Shown in pieces: positions 12,449-24,901 of a stretch of 64,000 nucleotides of DNA. The DNA is from an uncultured Planctomycetota bacterium (GTDB taxonomy: Bacteria; Planctomycetota; Planctomycetia; Gemmatales; Gemmataceae). Below the pieces are notes generated by a model. That model saw only the letters and a list, made by a program, of their open reading frames with translations, made no database searches and had not been told where the DNA came from. Position 1 is the first letter of the stretch. Each line of letters begins with the position of its first letter. Location of the stretch: positions 1,152,001 through 1,216,000 of the forward strand of contig CAWKHF010000012.1 in assembly GCA_963849325.1 (NCBI GenBank), read 5' to 3'. A program made the translations under genes and the position numbers.

Positions 12449-12537
12449 AAGCAGCGCGAGCGTTGGGCGTAGCCGAACTGTCGGAACGCAACGCGGGCTA
12501 TGCTCCCGCTCGCCGGAACCGTGCAAGGCATTCAACG

Positions 12538-13179
12538 ATGGACGTACTCAACTCCGTGCTCTTCTACATCCTCGCCGCCGCTGACCGGCGTCTGCGCCCT
12601 CGCCGTGGTGGTGACGCAGAACATCGTGCGGGCGGCGGCCTGGCTGCTGTTCGCCCTGGCCGGCATCTCCGGCATCTTCTTCCTGCTCGGCGCCGACTTC
12701 GTCGGCGCCACGCAGCTGCTCGTCTACGTCGGCGGCACGCTCGTGCTGGTCGTCTTCGGCGTCATGCTCACCGCCCAGGGGCCGTTCATCAACATGCGCA
12801 TCGGCGCCGCCGAGTGGGCCATCGCCCTGGCGGTCGGCCTGCTGCTCTACGGCGTCCTGGCCGTCAGCCTCGTCATCAGCAAGCCGCCGACCGCCGCCGA
12901 GTCAGCCGACGCCGGTCGGCGATCTGCCCGACAGCACCGTCCTCGGCGCATGGCGCTGCTCGGCGACAAGACCGCCTCGCCGGCAGGCCAACATCACCGG
13001 CGTGCCCGGCGTCACGTCACGCCGCGACCGCACGCCGATGTCGTACCTGCTGCCGTTTGAAATCGTCTCCGTCCATCTGCTGGTCGTGCTGATCGGCGCC
13101 GCCTACCTGGCCCGCGCCAAGCGTCGCCGTCAGTCGTACCGACCCCGGCCGCGAGCAACAACTGGGAGTGTCCGCATGA
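12538..13179 (+). CDS. nuoJ: NADH-quinone oxidoreductase subunit J (frameshifted)
   Basis: [45 protein letters not shown]. Confidence 0.9.
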
Positions 13180-13492
13180 CCGTCGACGTCGGCCTGAACC
13201 ACTACCTGCTGCTCGGCGCCTTGCTGTTCGTCTGCGGCACCGTCTGCATGGCCACCAAGCGCAACGCCATCGGCATCCTCATGGGCGTCGAGCTGGTGCT
13301 CAACGGCGCCACCGTCAACTTCGTCGCCTTCGCCCACTACAACCCGGCGTTCGAGGTCGAGGGCAGGTCTTCGCCCTGTTCGTCATCGTGCTGGCGGCGG
13401 CCGAGGCCGCCGTCGCCCTGGCCATCGTCCTCAACTTCTACAACAACCACATGACCGTGGACGTCGATACGGCCGAGGAACTGAAAGGCTAA
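13176..13492 (+). CDS. nuoK: NADH-quinone oxidoreductase subunit K (frameshifted)
   Basis: [28 protein letters not shown]. Confidence 0.9.
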
Positions 13493-13494
13493 CC

Positions 13495-16155
13495 ATGAAT
13501 CGCCTCTTCCGAGCTGTTCGGCGAGCATCCCGGCTTGTACTTCGTCGCCGCCACGCTGCTGCCGCTGGTCTCGTTCGTGCTGATCCTGCTGGCCTCGGCG
13601 ATGTGGTGCGCCGCGCGCCCCTTCCGCGACACGCCCGCCGGCGCCGCCCTCTTCAACCTCTTCGGCGGCGAGCAGCGCGGCCGGACGGCCGCCTACGTCG
13701 CCACCGCCGCCATCGCCCTCGCCTTCGTCCTCAGCCTGACCGGCTTCATCCTCTTCACCGCCCAGCAGAGCGAGTTCGAAACGCGCATCCGCGACTACGA
13801 AAAGACAAATCCGCGATCTACAAGCCGAAGGCGAAGACGCGACCGACGCGGACGAGAAGGAGGAGCTCGCACAAGCGCGGAGAAGCTGGAGGAAGCAGCT
13901 CGACCGACGTCGAGCAGCGCTGGGAAGACGCCCGCGACTATGCCTGGCAGGGCCATGTCGATTGGCTGCGTCATCTGCACCCGGCTCGGCGTCAGCGATC
14001 CCGAGACGCGGCACCGTCCTGCAGCTCGGCTTCCACATCGACAGCCTCAGCGCCCTCATGTTCGTGATGGTGACGTTCATCGCCACGCTGATCCACCTGT
14101 TCTCGATGGGCTACATGGCCGACGAGCTGCAGCCGGAGGTCGAGGACCATCAGGTCCACACCGCGCACGGCCATCTGCACCGGCGCGGCCGCTTCGGCCG
14201 CTTCTTCATGTACCTGTCGCTGTTCTGCTTCTCGATGCTCAACCTGCTGCTGGCGGACAACTCTTCCAGGTGTTCGTGAGCTGGGAACTGGTCGGCGTCT
14301 GCTCGTATCTGCTGGTCGGCTTCTACTTCGAGCGGCAGAGCGCCTCCAACGCGGCCAACAAGGCGTTCATCACCAACCGCGTCGGCGACGCCGGCTTCAT
14401 CCTCGGCCTGCTCATCCTCTGGACCTACTCGGCACCTTCAATTTCGACGAGATTTTCAGGCAGGTCCGCTCGCCGCTGCGGGATGCGCACGGCGGTTTGC
14501 AGATGGCCGGCCGCTTCGTCCGCGGCGAGCTGGACCCCAAGAGCGAGTCGGAGGGACATCGCAGCCTGAAGTATGTGCCGGGCGGCTCGGAGGTCGTGCT
14601 GTTCCCGCGCGTCTTGCCCGAACACTATCACGGCATCGGCGAGGACCGCGACGACCGCGTGGATGTGTACGACTCCCCGGCGCCGACACAGCACGGCTTC
14701 GATGCCGTACTGGATGCTGGTCGCCGCCGGACTGGGCATCTTCCTCGGCTGCGTCGGCAAGTCGGCGCAGTTCCCGCTGCACGTCTGGCTGCCCGACGCG
14801 ATGGAAGGGCCGACGCCGGTCAGCGCCCTCATCCACGCCGCCACGATGGTCGCCGCCGGCGTCTACCTCGTCGGCCGCTGTTATCCCGCTGTTCACCGCC
14901 GAGGTGCTGCTGGTCATCGCCTACACCGGCGGCATCACGCTGTTCGTCGCCGCCACCATCGCCGTCGTCATGACCGACATCAAGAAGGTGCTGGCCTACT
15001 CGACGGTCAGCCAGCTCGGCTACATGATGCTGGCGCTGGGCGTCGGCGGCTGGGTGGCCGGCCTGTTCCACCTGGTCACGCACGCCTTCTTCAAGGCCCT
15101 GCTCTTCCTCGGCTCCGGCAGCGTCATCTACGGCTGCCATCACGAGCAGGACATGACGCAAGATGGGCGGCCTGTTCCCGAAGATGAAGATCACCGCCCT
15201 GACGATGCTGGCCGGCGTGCTGGCCATCGCCGGCATTCCGCTGTTCACCGGCTGGTACAGCAAGGACGCCATCCTGGCCCAGGCGCTCGGCTTCGTCTAC
15301 GTCCACCCGCAGCACCTGCTGCTGTTCCTGCTGCCGCTGGTGACGGCCGGCCTCACGACGTTCTACATGTTCCGCATGTGGTTCATGACCTTCACCGGCC
15401 CGCCGCGCGATGACCACGTCTACGAACACGCCCACGAATCGCCGTGGCTGATGACCGTGCCGCTGATCGTGCTGGCCGTGTGCAGCGTCTGCGTCGCCTG
15501 GGGCTGGCCGATCTACGACGCCGAGGCGAGCTGGCTGGAGGGCAACGTCCATCACGCCCAGCATCACGCCGTGCTGGCCGACTTCGGCAGTATCGACTTC
15601 GCCAGAGCGAGGAGCACGGCGAATACTGGGCCGTCGCCCGCAAGGCGGAGGAGAACGAACGCCTCTACGCCTACCACAACCACCACCTGGCCGGCAATCT
15701 CGCCCTGATCCTGGTGGTCATCGGCATCGTCTTCGCCGGCCTGATCTACTGGCAAGCGCGTCCTCGATCCGGCCGAGGCGAAGGAGCAGTTCCCGCGGCT
15801 GCACGCCTTCCTGATCGACAAGTGGCGCTTCGACGAGCTGTACAGCGTCATCGTCGTGCGGCCGGCGCTGGTGGTCGGCCACTGGTTCAAGGCGTTCGAC
15901 CTCCACGTCATCGACGGCATCATTCATTCCGTGGCCCGCCTGACGATGTGGGTGTCGAAGTGGGACGGCCTGTTCGACAACGCCGTCGTCGATGGCCTGG
16001 TCAACCTGGTGGGCAACGTCACCTACTGGGTCGGATCGCGCTTGCGGAACGTGCAGACGGGCTATTTGCGGAGTTACGTGTTGTTCTTGGTGCTGGCCGC
16101 GGTCGGCATCTTCCTCGTGCTGTCCTACCTCGTGCGGATGGCGATGGCAGGCTGA
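13495..16155 (+). CDS. nuoL: NADH-quinone oxidoreductase subunit L, with insertions (frameshifted)
   Basis: [79 protein letters not shown]. Confidence 0.95.
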
Positions 16156-16203
16156 TGCCGCCTGCGGCGCTGGCAGTTGTCTCTTCAGAGAGTAGCACTT
16201 GTC

Positions 16204-18100
<1,897 letters not shown>

Positions 18101-18114
18101 TTTCCGTACATTGG

Positions 18115-18174
18115 CGTTTAGCCGCGACGCGCAGCGGAGACGCAGCTGCGCTCGCTGCGCGTCGCGGCTAAACG
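18115..18174. repeat. REP-like palindrome between nuoM and nuoN
   Basis: cgtttagccgcgacgcgcagcg / cgctgcgcgtcgcggctaaacg perfect arms. Confidence 0.85.
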
Positions 18175-18198
18175 AATGAACTGACCGCGAGACTCCTC

Positions 18199-19965
18199 AT
18201 GTTGCCGAACTATCGACGCCGGCCGAGCTCTGGCTGGACTGCCTGAACTTCCTGCCGGAACTGCTGGCCTGCGGCGGCATCGTCTGTTTCTGCTGCTGCG
18301 CCTGTTCGACCGTTCGCACATGGGCAGCATCGCCCTGTTGGTGACGGTCCTCGCCCTGGGCGTCAGCATCGCGCAGTGGAGCTATCTGGGGGCGACCCCA
18401 GACGGGTAGCAGCGGCTTCCGCGACTCTCTGCGGCCCGCCTTCGGCGGCCTGCTCGTCTACGACCACGTCACCATCTTCCTGCGCTGTTTCCTGTACGGC
18501 TTCACCGCCTTCATCATCTGGCTGTCGCTGACGACGGGCATCCCCGACCGCGAGGACTCCGCCGACTTCTATTGCCTGCTGCTGGGCGCGACGGTCGGCA
18601 TGGTCGTGATGGCCTCGGCCACGCACCTGCTGATGGTCTACATCGGCATCGAGATGGCCAGCTTGCCCAGCTACGCCCTGGCCGGCTACCTCAAGGGCCG
18701 GCGTCCAGTCCAGCGAGGCGGCCCTGAAATACGTCGTCTACGGCGGCGGCGCCGCCGGCGTCATGCTCTACGGCATCAGCCTGCTGGCCGGCCGCTTCGG
18801 CACCGGCTACCTGCCCGACCTCGCCGCCGGCCTGGTGTCCGCCCTCGCCCCGGCGAGCGGCGCGGCCTTCGATCCGGTCCTGATCCTCGGCGTCCTGTTC
18901 GTCCTGATCGGCGTGGCGTTCAAGCTGGCGGCGGTGCCGTTCCATTTCTGGTGCCCCGACGTGTTCGAGGGCGCCGCCGCCGAGGTGGCCGGCTATCTGT
19001 CGGTCGCCTCCAAGGGCGCCGCCCTGGCCCTGCTGGCTCGCCTGACCCTCATCCTGGCCGGCGTCGATCCGCTCGTGCAGCCGATCGTCGAACCCGCAAT
19101 GGGACGGTGATCGCTCCGCTACCTGGTCCCGGCCCTGGCCTTCTTCGCCGCCCTCACCGCGACGTTCGGCAACCTGGCCGCCTACTTGCAGAACAACCTC
19201 AAGCGTCTGCTGGCGTACTCGACCATCGCCCACGCCGGCTACATGATGATGGGCCTGGCCGCATCAAGCCGACCCTGGAAGCCGGCACTTCGAGCCGGCG
19301 GCTTGCAGGCCGTGCTCTTCTATCTCATCGCCTATCTGTTCATGAACCTGGGCGCCTTCGCCGTGGTCGCCTTCCTGCGCAACCAGACCGGCTCGGAGGA
19401 CCTGGACAGACTACCGCGGCCTGGTCCGCCGTTCGCCGTGGATGGTGGTCACGCTGTCGATCTTCCTGCTCAGTCTGCTCGGCCTTCCGCCGCTGGTGGG
19501 CTTCACGGCCAAGTTCCAGATCTTCGCCGCCTTGTGGGACGTCAGCCAGGCGCTGGTACGCCAAGGGCGAAGCCGGCCTGGGCGCCACGCTGTTCGGTCT
19601 GCTGATCGTCGGCGGCGTCAACTCGGTGGTGAGCGCGGTCTATTACCTCAAGGTGATGAAGGTCATGATCCTGGAGGGCCGGGCGGAGGACCTGGAGGGA
19701 CGGGAGCCGGTGCGATTGCTGGAGCCGCTTGTCGGCCGTCGCCTTCTCGGTCATCGTCGCCCTGCTGGTCTTCGTTCTCGGCATCTTGTGGGCGCCCGCT
19801 CGACCGCTATAGCCACGCAGGGCGCCGACCGCTTCGCCAGAGCGAGTCGTCGCCAGCGCGGGGCGGCGGCGAGGGGAGCGGGGGGCATCCGCCGAGGCCG
19901 GCGGACCACAGGCAAACGCGGAAAGGACCGGGAGGCAGGGAGGAGCGAAAGGACAAGGACCGTGA
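18199..19965 (+). CDS. nuoN: NADH-quinone oxidoreductase subunit N (frameshifted)
   Basis: EAALKY, FKLAAVPFHFWCPDVFEGA, KRLLAYSTIAHAGY, SLLGLPPLVGFTAK, YYLKV. Confidence 0.93.
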
Positions 19966-20406
19966 TCGATTCGCACACGCAGACGCGTGCTGCAGGACAT
20001 CCTCCGCCGCGAGAGCCGCTCCGTCCTCCGTTACATGGCCGAGGCGTATCCCCTGGACCACCTCGACGGAGGAGAAGGCGCTGACGGCCTTGCAGCGGAT
20101 CATCGCCGACGGAACGCCAGGCGGTGGTCCGTCTGGGTCAGTTCCTCGTCCGCCAGCGCGTGCCGCTGCCGTTTTTGCCCTCCTATCCCGCCGCCTTCAC
20201 CACCGATCAACTTTCTGGCCCTGGACTACGTGCTGCCGCGCCTGATCGAGCACGAGCGCCAGTCGATCGCCGACCTAGAGGGCGACCTGGCCGCGCTCGA
20301 AGGATCCGGCGGCGCGAGCGGAGGTCGAGAAACTGCTGGCGGTGAAACGCCGTCATCTGTCCGCAGCTCGAAGCGCTGGTTCCTGCGCAGCCTCAAGCGA
20401 GCGTGA
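19962..20406 (+). CDS. Small helical hypothetical protein (possibly ferritin-like), coupled to nuoN
   Basis: GTGA overlap with the nuoN stop; LQDILRRESRSVLRY..AYP, NFLALDYVLPRLIEHE. Confidence 0.55.
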
Positions 20407-20412
20407 CCTGAC

Positions 20413-21216
20413 GTGCCTGCACTCATCGACACGCACGCGCACCTGGACGACGAGCAGTTCGCCGCCGACCTGCCCGGCGTCCTGGACCGCGCTCGCGCCG
20501 CCGGCGTCGGCACCATCATCGCCATCGCCACGACCGCCCCGTCCAGCGCCGTCTGCGTCTCTCTGGCCGCGCGACACGCGGAGCTGTTCGCCACGGTCGG
20601 CATTCATCCCAACAACATCATGGAAGCCAGTCCGACCGCCTGGGATGAGGTTGTCGCCCTGGTCGAAGCACCAGCGCGTCGTCGGCATCGGCGAAACGGG
20701 ACTCGATCGTCACTGGGACAACACGCCTTTTCCGGTGCAGGAAGAGTATTTCGTCCGCCACCTGGAGCTGGCTCGCCGGCACGACCGGCCGGTGGTGATC
20801 CACTGTCGCGAGGCCGAGGCGGACATGCTGCGCGTCTTGCGCACGGAGTTCGATCGTCACGGCCCCATCCGGGGCGTGATGCACTCCTTCGTCGGCGATG
20901 CGGCGATGGCCGCAGTCGTGCCGTGCGATGGGTCTGTATCTGTCGTTCGCCGGAATGCTCACCTACAAGAACGCGGCAGGCGTTGCGGGCGACGGCGGCG
21001 AAACAGCCGCTCGATCGCCTGCTGGTGGAGACGGACAGTCCGTATCTGTCGCCGGTGCCGCTGCGCGGCAAGCGCAACGAGCCGGCCCACGTCGTCCATA
21101 CGGCGGCGTGTCTGGCGGGATTGCTGGGAATTGACGTGAGAAGTCTCGCCGAGGAGACGACTACTAACGCGCGAAAGTTGTTTGGGTTGTCGCTTGCTAC
21201 CGATGGGATTGTTTAG
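20413..21216 (+). CDS. tatD: TatD family hydrolase/DNase (frameshifted)
   Basis: IDTHAHL, GIHP, IGETGLD, VIHCR, VMHSF, LLVETDSPYL. Confidence 0.95.
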   Translation: MPALIDTHAHLDDEQFAADLPGVLDRARAAGVGTIIAIATTAPSSAVCVSLAARHAELFATVGIHPNNIMEASPTAWDEVVALVEAPARRRHRRNGTRSSLGQHAFSGAGRVFRPPPGAGSPARPAGGDPLSRGRGGHAARLAHGVRSSRPHPGRDALLRRRCGDGRSRAVRWVCICRSPECSPTRTRQALRATAAKQPLDRLLVETDSPYLSPVPLRGKRNEPAHVVHTAACLAGLLGIDVRSLAEETTTNARKLFGLSLATDGIV

Positions 21217-21395
21217 CGGCGGCGGCCCTCGAACCTGGCGGCCGTTACCTTCGTCACGAGGCGCAATTGCGTCAGGTTTTTGCAATCCTTCAGGCGGACC
21301 ACGCCCACATCGCTTATCGGCGTCACTCCGAGATCGACCGTGGCGAGATTCTTCCAATCCTTGAAAGACGACAGACTCGCATCGCTCATCTGCAT
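21213..21395 (-). pseudogene. Leucine-rich-repeat gene fragment following attC2
   Basis: MQMSDASLSSFKDWKNLATVDLGVTPISDVGVVRLKDCKNLTQLRL, about two LRR units, beginning at the GTTGGAT core site. Confidence 0.55.
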
Positions 21396-21487
21396 CCAAC
21401 AACCAAGCTTAGCAGCCGGGCGGCCTGCTTGGGCGTAGTGTCGCGAGAAGCCGTGATGGCCACCCGGTCTGCTGCGCCTGGTTCGGC
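21394..21487 (-). mobile_element. Integron attC site (attC2)
   Basis: Minus strand: GCCGAAC (R'') ..AGCAGACCGGG..CCCGGCTGCT.. GTTGGAT (R'); 94 bp imperfect palindrome with one extra base in the L-box arm. Confidence 0.75.
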
Positions 21488-21499
21488 TCATTCGCCGCC

Positions 21500-21529
21500 T
21501 TGCCCGAAGCATGTCGAGCATGGTATCCT
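21500..21529 (+). promoter_or_regulatory. Putative internal sigma70 promoter of cassette 2
   Basis: TTGCCC-18 bp-TATCCT with extended -10 TG; GGAGG RBS downstream. Confidence 0.4.
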
Positions 21530-21572
21530 ACCCATGCCGCATAGGACATCCGTTTCCCTGGGGAGGCATGTC

Positions 21573-21734
21573 GTGCCTAAGAAAAAAGCGAAAGCCGCTG
21601 CGGAGGAAGATCGGCCCAAACGCCGTAAACTATCCGCCGCGGAGTCGTTACAGCGGATGAAGGAATTCGATAGGCGAAAGGAGTCGTTCATTGCCGCTCT
21701 CCGCAAAAGCAAGGATCGAGGTCTATCTTCCTGA
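21573..21734 (+). CDS. Small basic protein (53 aa), cassette 2 gene A
   Basis: GGAGG RBS and GTG start; Lys/Arg-rich helical; overlaps the next ORF. Confidence 0.55.
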   Translation: MPKKKAKAAAEEDRPKRRKLSAAESLQRMKEFDRRKESFIAALRKSKDRGLSS

Positions 21735-22023
21735 CCTTTTGTCCTTGGCTTCTCAAGAACTGCTGATCGCTTTCAATCAGGAATTCACTCATACCTTTGG
21801 CGGAGCCACGCTTTGGCGCGGACTGGACGGCAGCTATCTGGCCCAGAATGGCCAGACGGTTCGCGATCGGATCAACCTGCTCTACACCGATACCCCGTTC
21901 TCGCTTGAGGAAAACGCGGACGAAATCAGTGCCTATATGGTCAAGTTACGCCAAGCCGTCCTCGTCGCCCTCAAGGAAGAAGCGGTGCTGGTTGTCGCTT
22001 TGCCAGTCTATCATGCCGAGTGA
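21691..22023 (+). CDS. Hypothetical 110 aa protein, possibly PII/DUF3574-like fold; cassette 2 gene B
   Basis: Intact ORF; pattern TFGGAT..GLDGSY..NG..VRD..EEAVLV; fold call is by resemblance only. Confidence 0.65.
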   Translation: MPLSAKARIEVYLPDLLSLASQELLIAFNQEFTHTFGGATLWRGLDGSYLAQNGQTVRDRINLLYTDTPFSLEENADEISAYMVKLRQAVLVALKEEAVLVVALPVYHAE

Positions 22024-22036
22024 GCGAAACAGGGTG

Positions 22037-22133
22037 GCCGAACGACACAGCTCAGCAGCCGGGGCCGCTGAGTGACCATTGAACCCCGAAAAGACGTAAT
22101 GCGGCCCCGGTCTGCAGCAGCGACTTGTTAGGT
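22037..22133 (-). mobile_element. Integron attC site (attC1)
   Basis: Minus strand: ACCTAAC (R'', contains the cassette ORF's TAA) ..GCAGACCGGGGCCGC..GCGGCCCCGGCTGC.. GTTCGGC (R'); 97 bp. Confidence 0.85.
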
Positions 22134-22583
22134 GCCCGCCTTCCACGGCTCAATTGTAGGAGGCTCGAAGGCAACAACATCAATGACCTCATTGGCCGTC
22201 AACACGCGGTAGAGTTTTGCCGGGCCGATTGTCTCGCGGAACCACCCATGATTCCCGTGGACGTAATCCAGATACTTCGACCGTGTGATGACCTGGATGA
22301 TGCTTTTGTCATCACGTTCCTCATAGTCGTCCCACGAGGTGAATGATTCGTCAACCACTTGCCAAGCGACCGTTCGCGGGAACCGCACGACCATCAAGCG
22401 ACTATCATCCCGCACCTCGACCGGACGGCTGCGGCGGAGTATTTCTTGAACTACCGGGTTTGGGTCAACGCGAGTGTCGTTTGGTTCCCCGACAAACATC
22501 TCAGCGAGGATGAGCTGAAGATCGTCCCGATAGACGATGGCGTGAACCCCCCACATTCTCGCTTCATCGAGTACGGTACGCAA
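22128..22583 (-). CDS. Hypothetical protein, gene cassette 1
   Basis: 151 aa ORF bounded by GTCAGGTGCCC just upstream and attC1 at its stop codon. Confidence 0.75.
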   Translation of the reverse strand: MRTVLDEARMWGVHAIVYRDDLQLILAEMFVGEPNDTRVDPNPVVQEILRRSRPVEVRDDSRLMVVRFPRTVAWQVVDESFTSWDDYEERDDKSIIQVITRSKYLDYVHGNHGWFRETIGPAKLYRVLTANEVIDVVAFEPPTIEPWKAGT

Positions 22584-22600
22584 AGGGCACCTGACAGTTG

Positions 22601-22715
22601 ATTAGATCGCGACACATGCGCGATCTAGCAAGGCTGCTGTGCGACCTAGCACGGCCCCACGCGATCTAGCAAGGAGGTGCGCGACCTAGCACGGCTGCTG
22701 CGCGACCTAGCACGG
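22601..22715. repeat. Five 20-21 bp tandem repeats (core GCGAYCTAGCAMGG) plus one inverted partial core
   Basis: Units start at 22620, 22641, 22661, 22681, 22702; TAGATCGC at 22603-22610 is the inverted core. Confidence 0.85.
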
Positions 22716-22722
22716 GTTTCCC

Positions 22723-22752
22723 TATCTATCCGCAACGTTGCGCATCTGTCAA
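22723..22752 (-). promoter_or_regulatory. Putative promoter facing the cassette array
   Basis: Minus strand TTGACA-18 bp-TAGATA; the spacer holds the perfect palindrome CGCAACGTTGCG. Confidence 0.4.
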
Positions 22753-22926
22753 GGAAAAAACGAATCCGCTTGGTACTTTCCTGGGACTTCCGGATGACCC
22801 TACGCACCTTCGGTTCGAGGCAAGAAGAAACACGCATAACGAGCGGCCGCTTGCGGCCTCCCGATTCTCCCTGTAGGATGCGTTCATTCTCCGACAAAGT
22901 ACGGCATAAAAAACTCGGGTCCTGAG

Positions 22927-24019
22927 ATGCGTGAACTCCTGGCGGAACTGACGACGGCGCTGGATCAAGGGCGGCCCTGCGTTTACTGCACCATCGTCGA
23001 GACACGCGGCTCGACGCCCCAGAAGGCGGGCGCGGCCATGCTCGTCTTCGCCGACGGAAGCCAGCGCGGCACGCTTGGCGGCGGCTGTGTCGAGGCGGAA
23101 GTCAAGCAGCGCCGCCCTCGGCGTCCTCGCCGCCGACTCGCGGCGGCCCGAAGTGCTGACCTTCTGCCTCGACGACAATTACGGCTGGGACGATGGGCTG
23201 ATTTGCGGCGGACGCATGACCGTCCTGGCCGACCCGCTCGGCTCCGCCGCCTGCCGCGACTACTATGCTTGCTTGCGGCGATTGATCGAAGACGGTCGAG
23301 GTTGTACGCAGGTGATCGCCCTCGCGCCGACGCTCGGCTTGTCGGCCGGCGATCGCTTCCTCTTCGACGCTTCCGGCCAGCTCGCCGCCCAGACGGCGGA
23401 GGGCGCCGTCCCCGTAGAGATTCTTCAATCGCTGCTCCCCTTGACCGAGCGCCCCAGCCCGTCGAGCCGGCACAGCATCGCTTACTTGCCGGTGTTGCCG
23501 CGCATCACTCTGCTGATCGTCGGCGGCGGCCACGTCGGCCAGGCCGTCGCTCGCCTGGCAAGCGAGGTCGATTTTGACGTCTGGGTACTCGACGATCGCA
23601 CCGCCTATGCCGACCGCCAGCGCTTCCCCACGGCGCAGCGACTGCTCATCGGCGACATCGGACCCACCTTGAGCGAACTGGCGCCGACGCTGACGCCCTC
23701 GACCTTTTGTCTGATCGTGACGCGCGGTCACAATCACGATGAGGAAGCGCTCTATCACCTGGCCGCGACACGCGCCGGCTATGTCGGCATGATCGGCAGC
23801 AAGCGCAAGATCAAGCTGATCTACGAAGACCTTCTCGCCAAGGGCGTGTCGAGGAAGACGTTGGCTCGCGTCCACGCGCCGCTGGGTTTCGCCATCGGCT
23901 CGCAAACGGTGCCGGAGATCGCCGTCAGCATCGTGGCCGAGCTGATCGCCTGCCGCAATCTCGGCACGACCGAACCGTCTCCGCGCGACCGTGTACATGT
24001 GGAGACGGCACGATCATGA
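22927..24019 (+). CDS. xdhC: XdhC/CoxI family molybdenum cofactor insertion chaperone (one frameshift)
   Basis: RGSTPQKAGA, GTLGGGCVE, GLICGG, GGGHVG, VTRGHNHD, YVGMIGS, IAVSIVAELI. Confidence 0.92.
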
Positions 24020-24625
24020 GGTTCGCGGTCCTGCCCGCCGCCGGCAAGAGCACTCGGATGGGCCGGCCCAAGCTCTCCCTCCCCCTGGGAGACCGCACCA
24101 TCCTCGAACACGTCATCGCGGCCCTGAAACAAGCGGGAGTCGAACAAGTCCTTGTCGTGGTTGGGCCGCACGTCCCCGAATTGGCGGCGTTGGCCGAGAA
24201 GGCAGGGGCGCATGTTTGCCAACTCGCCGAGCAAACCGCTGACATGCGGATGACAGTGGAGCATGGCTTGAACTGGCTGGAGGAGCGGTTTTCGCCGCGT
24301 GCGGAGGATACCTGGCTGCTCGTGCCGGGCGATCATCCGGCTCTCGATCCCGTCGATTGTGCGACAACTGGAGGCTGCCCGAGCTCGCACTATCCCAACT
24401 GTTCGATCTTCCTCCCCACGCACGGCGGACGGCGCGGGCATCCGACGCTGTTGACGTGGAAGCACGTCGCTGCGATCCGCACCTGTCCGGCCGGAGTCGG
24501 TCTCAATACCTACGTCCGCCAATGCGTCGCCGAGACGTGGGAAGTACACGTGGATAGTCCGAGCCATACTTTGGGACATGGACACGCCGGAAGATTACGA
24601 GCGGCTGCGGCGCGGGCTGCCCTGA
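24016..24625 (+). CDS. MocA/MobA-like nucleotidyltransferase
   Basis: LPAAGKSTRMGRPK, PGDHP, GHP, DMDTPEDY (C-terminus in a shifted frame). Confidence 0.85.
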
Positions 24626-24901
24626 CTTTCCATCTCCACCAGGTTCCCTTCCACGCCTATCCTGTGGATCGATCCGACGGGCCGCACGGTCGCCAGTCTC
24701 CCGAGAGGGCCGAGCACCTATATCGCCCACCTTGCGCACTCGCGTCAACTGGTAGGCGATACCGAATCACTCCGCGTTGACGCCGAGGAAGGTCTTGCCG
24801 TAGTATCCGCCCGCTCCGAACGGCCGTGGGGAGGGTGCGGGCCATTCGCCGGACTTCCGCAACCCCCGACCGAGGATGACACCACCTCAAACAGGTAAGC
24901 C

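Noticed and set aside
22620-22715. Possible mini-CRISPR array
   Set aside because: The 14-bp core with 6-7 bp variable parts is far too short for repeat-spacer units, and no cas genes are present
22927-24625. xdhC and MocA-like genes without a molybdoenzyme
   Set aside because: Maturation genes often lie apart from their client enzymes
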